64,000 bases of DNA from the human T2T-CHM13v2.0 reference genome, Homo sapiens. The translations under genes were made by a program, and so were the position numbers. The notes beneath the pieces were generated by a model that did no database searches, was not told the DNA's origin, and saw only the letters and a program-made list of their open reading frames with translations. Positions within the stretch are counted from its first letter, which is position 1, and every line of letters starts with the position of its first letter. Of this stretch, positions 13,694 to 26,957 are shown one piece after another. The stretch lies in NCBI RefSeq assembly GCF_009914755.1, contig NC_060934.1; one strand, 5' to 3'.

Positions 13694-14839
13694 GAGGCCC
13701 ATGTCCATGTCTCTTTATTGAGAGGAAGGTCAACAGCCTTGGTGGGTAGCTTGGGAAGGGTAAGGCTACATGGCCAGAGGGTGGGCTGAGTGCACATTGC
13801 CTTGGTTCCGGGCCAGTTTGAACTCATTTCTTGAATATTGAAGGGCCCCGGCTCCACCTGCACAGCGTTCTCCAGTGACAGAGTGCTTTTGTGACTGTCG
13901 TCTCTCTGGGCCCCACAACAGCCACATAGGATGAAGAGAACCAGTCAGGTGTAGGAGCCATATATTATGGATGAGGAAATTTTGGCTGGTGTGTGTTGGG
14001 TGGGGGACTGTTAAGTGGTTCACCTGAGTGACCCCAGTTGAGAAGGAGCCAAGTGAGAGTCAAAGCTGTGCCCCTGACCCCATCAGCTGTCCTGACCCCT
14101 GCGGCTCAGCTGCCCACTCTGGGCTGTCTGTGGAACCAAGTGTGGGCTCACCCCAGGGCCTTGGTGGGGAGACCGAAGTGCGCCCCCACACCCGGCCATA
14201 GAAAGCTCCCAGCCTCAAGGGCCAAAGAATGGTGTTCTCAAACTGCCATGCCACAGGACAAACTGAGCTCACTGAGGGGACAGGAGAAGAAACGTGGGGC
14301 CATGAGGTCTCGGGAAGAAAGGGTGCTGGTGGAGGAACCATGGAGGACAGAGCCTAGAGGAGTAATCAACCCCTGTGTCTCCTCATCCATGCCTTGAGGC
14401 ACATGGGCCAAATCACAGCTTCCCACCGGCCTGAATGTGTGAATCACTGGGCAGCTTGTGGACAGGACAGATGCCCAGCCCCACCCCAGACCTGGAGAGA
14501 GTGATATGTCCAAGGAATCGCGGCCCAGGGCTTCCTGTTCTTCAAAGCTCAGCAAGTGGGTCTGACAAGGACTCAGGTCTGAAACCATTCTCCAGCCAGT
14601 ATCTGTGGCTCTTCCCAGCTGTGCGAGTGCCTTGAAATCCATACCGTTTATGAACCTTCTGTCAGCAGATTTTAGGAGGCAGCCGCCTTATGAGATGAGT
14701 GATATTAATCCATCCATTTCACAGATTAGGAAATTGGCCCTAGCTGAGACCTGCTAGTTCGTGGCTCATTTCGCTCAGCCTTAATTCTATCCAGAGCCCC
14801 AGTTGTCTCAAACCCACACTTCTAAATGACCCTAATTCA

Positions 14840-15156
14840 CAGGTTGGCAAACTCTTTCTGTAAAGGGCCAGACAGCAAATCTTTTAGCCTCTGCCATGCA
14901 CACAGACCTCAATTGCAGCCTCTTAACTCTGCCGTCGCAGCACAAAAGCAATCTTGGACATTATATAAATGAATGGTTGTGTTCCAATAAAACTCTATAG
15001 ACACAGAGGTAGAAGTTCATATGTTTTACATGGCACAAAATACTTTTTTTATTTTTTTCTCCCACCATTTAAAAATATATTTTAAAATTCTTAGCTCACA
15101 GGCTATACCAAAACAGGTCTAGATTTGGCCCACAGGCCACAATGTGTCAATGCCTG
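14840..15156. mobile_element. MER58B hAT MITE
   Basis: caggttggcaaactctttctgtaaagggccaga...gttccaataaaact...gatttggcccacaggcc. Confidence 0.8.
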
Positions 15157-15178
15157 CATTAATCCACTCATGTATCAG

Positions 15179-17558
15179 TGATGGCAGCGGCAGGCCATCT
15201 GGAGCAGCCACTGCCATCACGCTGGCCACGCAAGGAGGCACAGCCAAGGCTGCATGCTTCGTGGAGCCAGCAGGAGCCGAGGACAAGTGAGAGCCCAGCC
15301 CCTTCCAAGTTGGGGTGGGAGCTCCCTGGGTGTTGCTGCAGCCGCCCAAGCCACGGCTGCTGACCCAGGTTCTTGGGGCCCAGGAGCAGGTGGGAGCCCC
15401 ACCCTCCCAGGGACACAGTTGCAGCCACCCAAATCTTGGCTGTAAACCTGGGCCTCCCACTCCACGGAGCAGGCAGGAGCCCCAGCCTCCCAGGCATAGC
15501 TGCAGCCACCGAAACTGCAGCTGCAGACCTGGGCCTCGTGCTCCATGGATCAGGCAGGAGCCCAGCGCCCCCGGGTGCAGCTGCAGCCGCCCAAACCATG
15601 GCTGTGGAACCAGGCATCCCTGCTCTCTTGGGGGCCCAGGAAGGCCCAAGTACCCCCCGACCCCCTGCCGCTGCCACCCTCACCGGCTTGCAAGCGCCTG
15701 CTCCTGCTGCCTGGCTTCTCCCTGCTGTCAGTGCCTGCTCCAATCTCAGAGCAAAGTCAGGGCCAAGACTGGGTGCTGTTGTGGCCCAGCTGGGTGTGCA
15801 CACACTCGGAGCAGTGCTGACATGCCAGCCCCCTGCCTCTTCAGCCCCCTCTGGACTTTGGGTGCCACGAACATAGGAGGGAAGCTGAGTGGGGGCTGAG
15901 GGCAGCTCGGCACTGGCCTGCAGGCACCCCTTGGCACCTACAGCCTGGGCACCAAGAACAGCAGCAGGAGGCAGACAGGTTCCTGGGTGGATGGGGATGG
16001 TCCTGGTGAGGCCCCACCTTTAGGCCAGGGAGGGCTGGGCTGCCAGTCCCACAGACTGGAGTGGGAACTTGTGGTGCCTTTTCCAGACCCACCTATGGCT
16101 GCCCATGGGCCAATCAGCATACACTTCCTCCCCTCTGAGGCCCATAAAAACCCCAGGCTTAGCCAGAGCTGAGCAGACATTGGGATGACCAGCTGCAGGG
16201 AGGAGCTACCCACTCTAGGGCCTCCTCTCTGCTGAGAGCTGCACAGATAATGGGAAGACCAGCTGCAGAGAGGAACTACCCTCTCTGCTGATAGCTGAAC
16301 ACTTGCCAGGACAACCTGCATAGCAAGAGAGGAGCTACCCTCTCTGCTAGGAGCTGAACACTGGTCGGGACAACTTGCATAGCAGAGAGGAGCTACCCTC
16401 TCTTCTAGGAGCTGAACACTAGTCAGGACAACTTGCATAGCAGAGAGGATCTACCCTCTCTGCTGATAGCTGAACACCTGCCAGGACAACTTGCATAGCA
16501 GAGAGGAGCTACCCTCTCTGCTAGGAGCTGAACACTGGTTGGGACAACTTGCATAGCAGAGAGGAGCTACCCTCTCTGCTGATAGCTGAACACTTGCCAG
16601 GACAACCTGCATAGCAGAGAGGAGCTACCCTCTCTGCTAGGAGCTGAACACTAGTCGGGACAACTTGCATAGCAGAGAGGATCTACCCTCTCTGCTGATA
16701 GCTGAACACCTGCCAGGACAACTTGCATAGCAGAGAGGAGCTACCCTCTCTGCTGATAGCTGAACACTTGCCAGGACAACTTGCATAGCAGAGAGGAGCT
16801 ACCCTCTCTGCTAGGAGCTGAACACTGGTCAGGACACTCTGGCTGCAGAAAGGAGCTGCCCCCTGTAGGTTTCCTCTGAGCTATTCTATGGCTCAGTGAA
16901 GCTCCTCTTCAACGTAGTCACCCTCCACTTGTCTGCATACCTCATTCTTCCTGGTCACAGGGCAAGAACTTGGGGCCTGCTGAATGGTAAAACTAAAAGA
17001 GCTGTAACACAAACAGGGCTGAGACATGCCCCTTGCTCACCACATTGTGGGTGAGAAGGAAAGAAGAGCTACAGGATGGTAAAAGAGAAGGAAAGAAGAG
17101 CTACGGCCCTTCAGGGGCCCAGACTTGGGAGCTCCTGAACCAGGGCTGTGACTCACTCTTTGGGGCCCTGTGGTTCATGGTATCTCCAAACTTCAGGGCA
17201 TCACTGTGTTCCCTTGGGCCAGCCATGGAAGCAGGTTGTGGTGTGCCTGGTCCTGCCATAACCTAGCAGTGAGCCGGCACCCATGCCAGCACCTGGAGCT
17301 GCCTGCCTTGCTGCAGCAGCCAGCATGTCTGACTGTGCGCAGTGGCCGGACCCCATGCTCTCTCATACACCCCTTGCCATTCCACACCTGACTTGCCCTT
17401 GGCAGAGGTGAGTCCCAGGCCAGTAGCATAAGCCAAGTGCAGCCTGCCAGGCCAACTGGGTGAAACGAACCCAGCGGGCCTGAGTGAAACTTGGGCAAAG
17501 GCACCACTGGCACAGAGGTTTCCAGCCAGAAAAACAACACCCCAAAAATCCTGTAACA
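15179..17558 (+). mobile_element. MER52-family ERV1 solo LTR (long, GC-rich)
   Basis: tgatggcagcggcaggccatctggagcagcc...caacaccccaaaaatcctgtaaca; 4-bp TSD-like tcag/tgag; TATA-like ccataaaa near 16142. Confidence 0.85.
16265..16836. repeat. 58-bp minisatellite, 10 copies, inside MER52
   Basis: Unit gcatagcagagaggagctaccctctctgct(gat/agg)agctgaacact...ggacaactt repeats at a 58-59 bp period. Confidence 0.95.
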
Positions 17559-17727
17559 TGAGGCAAGCAACTCTTAATAGCAATGACCTGGGGTGGGGGG
17601 GCGGGTCTGGGCCCTGTCAGTAGTGGTGGTCTTGTGTCCATCACTTCATTCCACCCTTGCTCCTCTTGGCTTGTCCTTAGGCCTGCGCAGCCCTTAGCTC
17701 TCTGATTCCCAGACTGCACTCATTTCT

Positions 17728-18034
17728 CTCTTTTTTTTTTTTTTTTTTTTTTTGAGACGGAGTCTCGCTTTGTCGCCCAGGCTGGAGTGCAGTGGCGCGA
17801 TCTCGGCTCACTGCCAGCTCCGCCTCCTGGGTTCACGCCATTCTCCTGCTTCAGCCTCCTGAGTAGCTGGGACTACAGGGGCCCACCACCACGCCCGGCT
17901 AATTTTTTGTATTTTTAGTAGAGATAGGGTTTCACCATGTTAGCCAGGATGGTCTTGATCTCCTGACCTCGTGATCCACCCATCTCAGCCTCCCAAAGTG
18001 CTGGGATTATAGGCATAAGCCACTGCGCCCGACT
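17728..18034 (-). mobile_element. AluY
   Basis: AluY diagnostics (gggttcacgccattctcc, gttagccaggatggtc); perfect 16-bp TSD gactgcactcatttct. Confidence 0.95.
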
Positions 18035-19139
18035 GACTGCACTCATTTCTAAAGACAGCACTATCCACTCTACCACTGTGCCTTAAGGAGCCTAGCCTCA
18101 GGGCCTTTCCTAGAGATGAGACACTTCAGACTGCTTGGAAATTCAAGGTAGGGGCAAGTATTTATTTCCAAAGAAAATCTTATCCTCACAGCCAGTTTGC
18201 AACCACAGCCTAAAGTGGGGAAGGCGCACCCAGGCCTGGGTAAGCCTGTTGTCAGAATTGAATGGTTTAGAAGTCACATTGGTTTGGTGCTTTTCACAAG
18301 CAGCTCCTTCTGCATTTTATCCTGAAGTTCTCATGACACTGAACTCTTTCAGCGGATTATTTTAGCTACCAGCCAATTCTGTAATCTCTATCCCTGGGGT
18401 CAAGTTCAAAGAGAATTCCAATGTGATTAAGTAAACATATGCAAGTAGTAGATTTATGGGCTACTGTGCTATTCTTTGTGATGTTGGCATTGGAGGAAGG
18501 GAATTTTAACAGCTCCTGTGTGCTCAGTTTATTTTCTAAGAAATTAACTCATCAGTCCCCATTGTGGATAAAAGCACTTCTTGGGACATTTAAAATTCAA
18601 AGTCATGGCTCTCTTTGAAGAGGAGGAGGTGGGGAAAGGATCTGGAGGAGGAGATGATTAACAAGAAAGGACCGGTGATGAACCTCAGCTGTTTGTGAAT
18701 GCATGTGGCTTGTGGAGAGGAGCGGAAGTGAGTTTCAGGTATTTCAGTCCATCATGACTGTGAAATTGAACTGTAAATGCTACCTGGAGCAGTGGGCTGG
18801 AACTGCCCCACGCAGGGAGTTAATGGAAACGTGGAGAGCCTTTTTCTTTTAACAAAGTACTTGAGCAATTATTTTAGCCCATCCACTGCACAGGGGACCA
18901 AGCAGGCTGCCGGGTTACTGAGGCAGTTAGAGGCAAAATAAATTTTCTAACAGCCTTTCCCATTCAGATACTGTGGTCCTGATTTGCCACTGGCAACAAG
19001 TGATGTTTGGTGCCCAAACCCTTCCCAGCCACCACTTCAGTCCCGGGGTGCAGAGGCCCCAAGGAAAACAATTGGTCAAGGGATTCAAGGCACAGCCTTT
19101 TCCCTGTATGAGGAGCTGTTATCATCCCACCTTTCCATA

Positions 19140-19258
19140 AGAGCATCTCACTTTACAGTTGAGAAAATTGAGACTTGGGGAAGTTACTTAGGCAGAGCTA
19201 AGGCTGAAAATCAAGTCAGCTCATCTGAATCCTGTGTTCTTTTCATTATGCCACCATG
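19140..19258 (-). mobile_element. MIR fragment
   Basis: ctttacagttgagaaaattgagacttggggaagtt. Confidence 0.5.
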
Positions 19259-19800
19259 ATATGACCCTCAGTATCCTGAAATATCTCATGCCTCAGCCCT
19301 CAAATCAAACTAAGCAAGGGTCAAGTCAAGACTTGCTGGGGATGCCTTAGCCTTGAATAAGAAAAAAGGGAAAATGGCGGGGAGGCAATGTCAAAGCAGC
19401 TGGAGTCCCACTGAGATCTGTGAGGACAGACCTGCATGGGCGTGTCAGGGAAAGCCAATGGTGGTTCCACCAGATCTGTGTTTGCAAGAAGGCCAAGCTG
19501 CATCTTGAGATCCATTCCATGGGGAAAAAGGGAGGCTAGGTGGAAGTTATTGCCCCAGAAACAGATTTTTGGAGGGGAGAGAGCTCGATGTGGTATTTGT
19601 TGTTTGTATGGGTTGGCTCCCCAGCTGGCCCCTGTGGATTCCTGATGGAATTTTACAGACAGCAGAAGCTGGGAAGAGAAAGGTAGCTTAGTGCATACTC
19701 ATTAACAGGTTCTGAGGCCAGGCAGCCTAAGCCTAGTCCTGCTGCCCACCTCTTAATACCCATGAGACCTTGTATAAGTTATTTGACTAACCTGTGTGTA

Positions 19801-20043
19801 CAGGTTGGGTATCCCTTACCTGAAATGCCTGAGATCAGAAGTGTTTCAGATTTTTTATTTTTTCAGATTTTTGAATATTTGCATTAGACTAACTGGTTGA
19901 GCATCCCAAATCAGAAAACCTGAAATCCAAAACGCTCCAATGGGCATTTCCTTTGAGAGTCATGTCAGATGTCAGTGCTCAAAGAGTTTCAGATAGTGGA
20001 GCATTTTGAATTTTGGATTTTCTGATCTGGGATGCTCAAGCAG
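19801..20043. mobile_element. Tigger4a/MER46-type TcMar MITE
   Basis: TIRs caggttgggtatccc ... gggatgctcaagcag flanked by TA on both sides. Confidence 0.85.
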
Positions 20044-20194
20044 TATCATGGGATTTTAAAAAGTGAATGATTTTATGATTTTCTAATTCTATCATTCTCA
20101 GATCCTTGGCATAGGAGAAAATGGACAAATATGTAAGAGAGAAGAAATCTAGTAAAGGATCTGTGGTCAAATTTGAGTAGGAGGCATCAGTAAG

Positions 20195-20505
20195 TTGTTT
20201 TTGTTTTGTTTTGTTTGTTTTTTTGAGACGTTATTTCGCTCTAGTTGCCCAGGCTGGAGTGCAGTGGCTCAATCTCGGCTCACTGCAACCTCCACCTCCC
20301 GGTTCAAGTGATTCTCCTGCCTCAGCCTCCTGAGGAGCTGGGATTACAGGCATGCGCCACCACGCCCGGCTAATTTTGTATTTTTAGTAGAGATGGGGTT
20401 TCACCATGTTGGTCAGGCTGGCCTCAAACTCCCAACCTCAGGTGAACCACCCACCTTGGCCTCCCAAAGTGCTGGGATTACAGGCGTGAGCCACCGCGCC
20501 CAGCC
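20195..20505 (-). mobile_element. AluSq/Sp-like
   Basis: Full dimer, (GTTTT)n tail, short TSD gtaagt. Confidence 0.92.
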
Positions 20506-21144
20506 CTGTAAGTATTTATGATATATTTTATCTTTAAAAAGAAAAGAACTATTTACAAGATTTACTCACTGAAAAGGCCTAGAAACAATCACCAATCCAG
20601 GAGAAATAAGCATCCCTCACAGCTAGATGGGGCATTTGAAATACCATTTCCCTTCTAAAGGAACTCGGAAATGACTGGTTCCAGAACTGGTTCAGGAAAT
20701 ATACAAGATGAGACTCATGAGGACACAAATGTATCAACATTCATCTACTAGTTTATAGAAAATACAACAAACCAAGGAACATGTTAAAGGACACCAAGCA
20801 GATGTAACAGCAAAACCCAGACTGGAGGAAGCCCTACGAGGAAAACAACCTGGTTTCTTCCACGATTACGTTGCAGGAGGAAAACAGGGGATGGAGGCAG
20901 GAAACAACAGAATAAACTAAAACTTAAGAGTCAAGACAACAGGACTCAGAGGCTAACTTGAAGAAACTGCCACTGGCCAGAGTTGGGAAAGTCTGAACAT
21001 CAATAAGGGTAATAAACTGCTGTGGATGGAAACACAGCAAATACATTGAAACCCATGAAGTCCGTAATGCTACTAAAACAACTAACTGATTGTCATTGTA
21101 GGATGCTGGGGAACCCATTTATTAGTTGATTAAAACTGATTAAA

Positions 21145-21494
<350 letters not shown>

Positions 21495-22294
21495 TTAACC
21501 TGTCTTTCCAATAAGGATTGTGCCACCAGGGAACTCAAGAGTTGATGGGGGTTAAGTTTCTCTTTCTAGAAGTATCCCAGCTAGTAAATAAGAAAGAATG
21601 ATGGAATTCGAATGTCACCATTTTGTAATCCCTAGTGAATTCAGATTCATTCATTAACCATTGAAGCATTGATCCTCAATGGCTGCTAACACGAGAGAGA
21701 GAGAGAATCAGACACTGTGTGCCTCCTGGTAGAAGATCACACCAACACCTATGAAGTAGTGATTTTTTTTAAAAAATGAACCTGAATCAGCTGGAGCTTC
21801 TAGATTCAACTACCAGTTTATAGAAAATACAACAAACCAAGGAATGTGTTAAAGGACAGCAAGCAGGTGCAACAGCAAAACCCAGATTGGAGGAAGCCCT
21901 ATGGGGCAAACAACCTGGTTTCTTCCATGATTAAATTGCAAGAGGAAAAAAAAGGAATGGAGGGAGGAAACAACAGAATAAACAAAAACTTAAGAAACAA
22001 ATGAACCAATCACAATATACTGACTTTTTATGGATCCTGATTCAAATAAACTGTTTAAAAAGTATGATATCTATGAAGTAACTAGAAATCTGAACATTGA
22101 CTTGATACTCGATGATACTGAGAAATCATTATTAATCACTTTTAGAGGTGATAATGCTTTTATGGACTTTTTTTTTTGTCTGTTTTTTTACAAATAGAGT
22201 CCTTATGTGATGCGTCCTTATCTCAGATACATGCTAAAATGTTTACAAATAAAACAGGATGTTAGGGATTTGCTTCAAAATAATATGGGAGGAA

Positions 22295-23594
22295 CCCAAT
22301 CAGAAATTGGGCAAAGGGCCTGGCGCGGTGGCTCACGCCTGTAATCCCAGCACTTTGGGAGGCCGAGGCGGGCGGATCACGAGGTCAGGAGATCGAGACC
22401 ATCCTGGCTAACACAGTGAAACCCTGTCTCTACTAAAAATACAAAAAATTAGCCCGGCATGGTGGCGGGCACCTATAGTCCCAGCTACTCAGGAGGCTGA
22501 GGCAGGAGAATGGCGTGAACCCAGGAGGTGGAGCTTGCAGTGAGCCAAGATTGTGCCACTGCACTCCGTCTCAAAAAAAAGAAAGAAAGAAATTGGGCAA
22601 AGGACCTAAATAGACACTTCTCAAAAGAAGACATCCAAATGGCCAACAGGGATATGAAAAAAAATGCTAATTATCACTGGTCATCAGGGAAATAAAATTT
22701 AAAACCACAATGATATCACCTCACACCTCTTAGAATGGCTATCATTCAAAAGATGAAAGATAAGTTTTAGGAAGGTTGTGGAGAAAAGGGAACACTGCTG
22801 CACTGTTGGTGGGAATGTAAATTAATACAGCCATTATGGAAAACAGTATGGAGATTCCTCAGAAAACTAAAAATAGAGCTACCATATGATCGAGTACTCC
22901 CACTTCTGGGTATATATCCAAAGGAATTGAAAGCAGTATGCTGAAGATGTACCTGTACTCCTATGTTCATTGCAGCATTATTCACAATAGCCAAGATACA
23001 GAAGCAACCTAGGTATCCATCATCAGATTAATCACAGACAAGGAAAACATGCTATATACACACAATAGAATACTATTCAGCCATAATGAAGGAAATCCTG
23101 TCATTTTCCATAACATGGGTGAACCTGGAGGATAAGTGAAATAAGCCAGGTACAGAAAGACAAATATACTGCATGCTCTCATTTATATGTGAAATCTAAA
23201 ACAGTTGAACTCATAGAAGTAGAAAGTTGAATGGTGGTTATCAGAGGCTAGAAGACGGGGTGGATGGGGAAAGGGGAGATACTGATCAAAGGGTACAAAA
23301 CTTCAGTTAGGAAGAATAAGCTTTAGTGATCTATTGCAGAGTGATGCATACAATACATAATAATGCACTGTATATTTCAAAATTGCTAAAAGCGTAGATT
23401 TTAAATGTTTTCACCACAAAAAGACAAGTATGTGAGCCAATGAATTTGTTAATTAGCCTGATGTAATCATTTCATATTATAAACATATTTCAAACCATCA
23501 CATTGTACCCCATAATATATACATTATTTGTGAATTTAAAAAAAAACAAAAAATTAAGCATTAAAAATGCACTGATATGTGTTATTTTTTAAAC
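22295..23594 (+). mobile_element. 5'-truncated L1MA (ORF2 end plus 3'UTR)
   Basis: tgggcaaaggacctaaatagacacttctcaaaagaagac...; TSD aaataatatgggaggaa at 22278-22294 and 23595-23611. Confidence 0.9.
22317..22587 (+). mobile_element. AluY with a deletion near the 3' end
   Basis: gatcacgaggtcaggagatcgagaccatcctggctaaca; TSD agaaattgggcaaag. Confidence 0.95.
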
Positions 23595-24016
23595 AAATAA
23601 TATGGGAGGAAATAAGATTAGCTATGAATTGATCATTGTTAAAGCTTGATGATGGAAACATGGAATTTATTATATTATCCTATCTGATTTTGCATATGTT
23701 CAATTTTCCATTATAAAAAAATGGAGAAGCAAGAACAAGAATAAGAGATCATACATGACTAGACATGTAAAGTACTTAAAACAATGACTGGCAGGCAGCC
23801 TCTCAAACCACTAGCTCTTGGAAGAAAGAGCACATGGTCTGTTTTGTAAGAACTCCATAAAGCCCTCAGCCTGATGCCTTGCAACTCCTCTGACCCTGAA
23901 TGTATTGACCCCTGGAAGACCCAGGGCCTGGGCCTCAATGAGGGATGATGGTAGTACCCAGGGGAGGCCTGGCCAAAAAGATGGCAGATGCCTAGCAGAA
24001 CCTTGGGTAGCCCGTG

Positions 24017-24030
24017 GCGCCACCTGGTGG
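24017..24030 (-). promoter_or_regulatory. CTCF core motif
   Basis: Reverse strand CCACCAGGTGGCGC, a perfect match to CCASYAGRKGGCRS, in non-repeat sequence; binding not shown. Confidence 0.6.
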
Positions 24031-24657
24031 GAGAGGACTTGATCCTCAGTTTGTTGAAGTTGCTTTATGGGAACTCCCTAAATTGCTTGGGTGGTTTTAT
24101 AACAGGGCTAAAGATCCTATGTGTAAGGCTGGGGTAGAACCGGGTTAATTGGGATTATTACTTGGTATAATCAAGTACATATACAAGCCATATACTATAT
24201 ACACAGCCTGTTAAGATCTACAGAAATTCAGGTGGCTTCTTACTTACAAAAAGGTAAACATTTCTTGCACAAACTTGGAATAATATTTTGGCAGATATTC
24301 AACTTGGTAGTTTCCTATGGGAAGAGAAAACCCAGTGGCTTCTTCTGTTCAAGGTCATTTGAACCTTGGTGCATTTGGATGCTTGACCTCTGAGTAAAGC
24401 CAAGGGGTCCACAGAACAGAGCCTCTTCCTTTTTCTCAGCAAATAGTTATCAAACCAGTAGTGCTCCAGCTTCGCAGGGCATCAGAATCACTTGGTAAAA
24501 ATACATGTTCTGGGCCAGACCTCCGTGGGCAGGCCTAGGAGAACCAGGGCCCTACACAAACCCTCAGCACTCCAGGATAGGCTGTTTCTGGCTCAGTGAA
24601 AGAAAGAAGAAGTGAGACTTTCTTTTCTTCCACTTCCCATTGGTTCTAACTCAGAAC

Positions 24658-25048
24658 ATGTAAGGCCACCGTGCCTGTGTCCTGTAAGGCTACCATGCCC
24701 GTGACCTATTAGGCCTCCATCCCTCTGTCCTGTGAGGACTCCATGACTGTGTTCTGTAAGGCCTCTGTGCCTCTATCCTGAAAGGCCTCTGTGCCTCTAT
24801 CCTGTAAGGTCTCCATACCTCTATCCCGAAAGGCCTCCATGCTTCTATGCTGTAAGGCCTCCGTGCCTCTACCCTGTAAGGCCTCTGTGCCTCTATCCTG
24901 TAAGGCTAACATGCCTCTGCTCTATAAGGCCATTGTGCCTGTGTGCTATAAGGCCTCCATGCCTGTGTCCTGTAAACCTCCATCCCTCTGTCCTGTAAGG
25001 CCTCCATGCCTGTGTCCTGTAAGGCCTCCATCCCTCTGTCCTATAAGG
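24658..25048. repeat. 24-bp minisatellite, about 16 copies
   Basis: Consensus tgtaaggcctccatgcctctgtcc repeated with variants. Confidence 0.95.
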
Positions 25049-25482
25049 CAAATGCTCTCTGTGTCTTGATGGTGCTGGAACCTCACTGGGTGGGCCTAGG
25101 ATGACAGGCCCATGCCAAGGCCAACTGATGGTCATTTCCCTGAAGCCAATGCCTTTACACTTTCCCTGCTGTCCTGAGCCGCTGACTCAGAGATTCCCAA
25201 ATGACCCAGGTGCTCTGTCTTCCTGTGGATCCAAGAAGAGAGAGGCATCTCCTGGCAGACTTGGGGAGGAGATGGCTGATCTGCCAGCACCTATGCACAG
25301 ACCTTGTACAGGAAATACCAACCCTAGAGAAGACCCGGCTCCTGCCCCTTAGGGACTCAGCCTAACCAGCCCTCTCCAGGCTCACGTGGCCCCGTTCTGG
25401 ATCAGGCCTCCTCCCCGTCTCCCTTGAGCCAACCTAATAATCCCCACTCTCTTCTTCCCAGTCTCTCATCTTCCCTAACTCT

Positions 25483-25783
25483 TTTTTTTTTTTTTTTAAT
25501 CGAGACAGAGTCTCACTCTGTCCCCCAGGCTGTAGAGCAGTGGTGCTGTCTCAGCTCACTGCAACCTCTGCCTCCCAGGTTCCAGCGATTCTCATGCTTC
25601 AGCCTCCTGAGTAGCTGGGACTACAGGCATGCACCACCACATCCGGCTAGCTTTTGTATTTTTAGTAGAGACGGAGTTTCACCACGTTGGCCAAGCTGGT
25701 CTCAAACTCCTGACCTCAGGCGGTCTGCCCGCCGCAGCCTCCCAAAGTGCTAGGATTACAGGTGGGAGCCACTGCGCCCGGCC
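25483..25783 (-). mobile_element. AluS
   Basis: Full dimer, T-tail; TSD-like ctaactctt/ctaacttctt. Confidence 0.93.
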
Positions 25784-26204
25784 TTGCTAACTTCTTTTCC
25801 TTCTGTCTCACTTTCTTTCTAAAAAGAGCTGGGGAAGCTTCTTCTGGAAAATGGCAAGTCTCATTCATCTCTATTCTTCCCACAATGCCTGGCTCAGTGT
25901 GTGTTACATGGTGGGTGCTTAATCTGTGTTTCTTGTAGTCACACAAATTGTCTTCTCTGGTGTTGGGAAGGGGAGAGATTCTTCTGTAGGAGTTCTTCAG
26001 GCAGTACTTGTACCAACCACCACGAATGCACAAAGCGAATGATCCTGGCGATGCAATGGAATCCTCGTGTTCAGGGCATGAAATGGTCATGGCCCAGCAA
26101 GGCCGTGCTTCTTTGGGAAGGGGATAGTGTTCACTTCAGGCACTGTGGATGGTGTCCTAGTTCAGGCTGCTATAACAAGTTACCACAGACTGGTTGGCTA
26201 ATAA

Positions 26205-26957
<753 letters not shown>

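Noticed and set aside
15119-15899. Overlapping 167-211 aa ORFs on both strands
   Set aside because: Stop-poor GC-rich MER52 LTR sequence with low-complexity translations and no recognisable domain
16265-16836. CRISPR-like array (palindromic repeat plus intervening sequence)
   Set aside because: The linkers are two recurring variants rather than unique spacers, there are no cas genes, and the array lies in a primate ERV LTR
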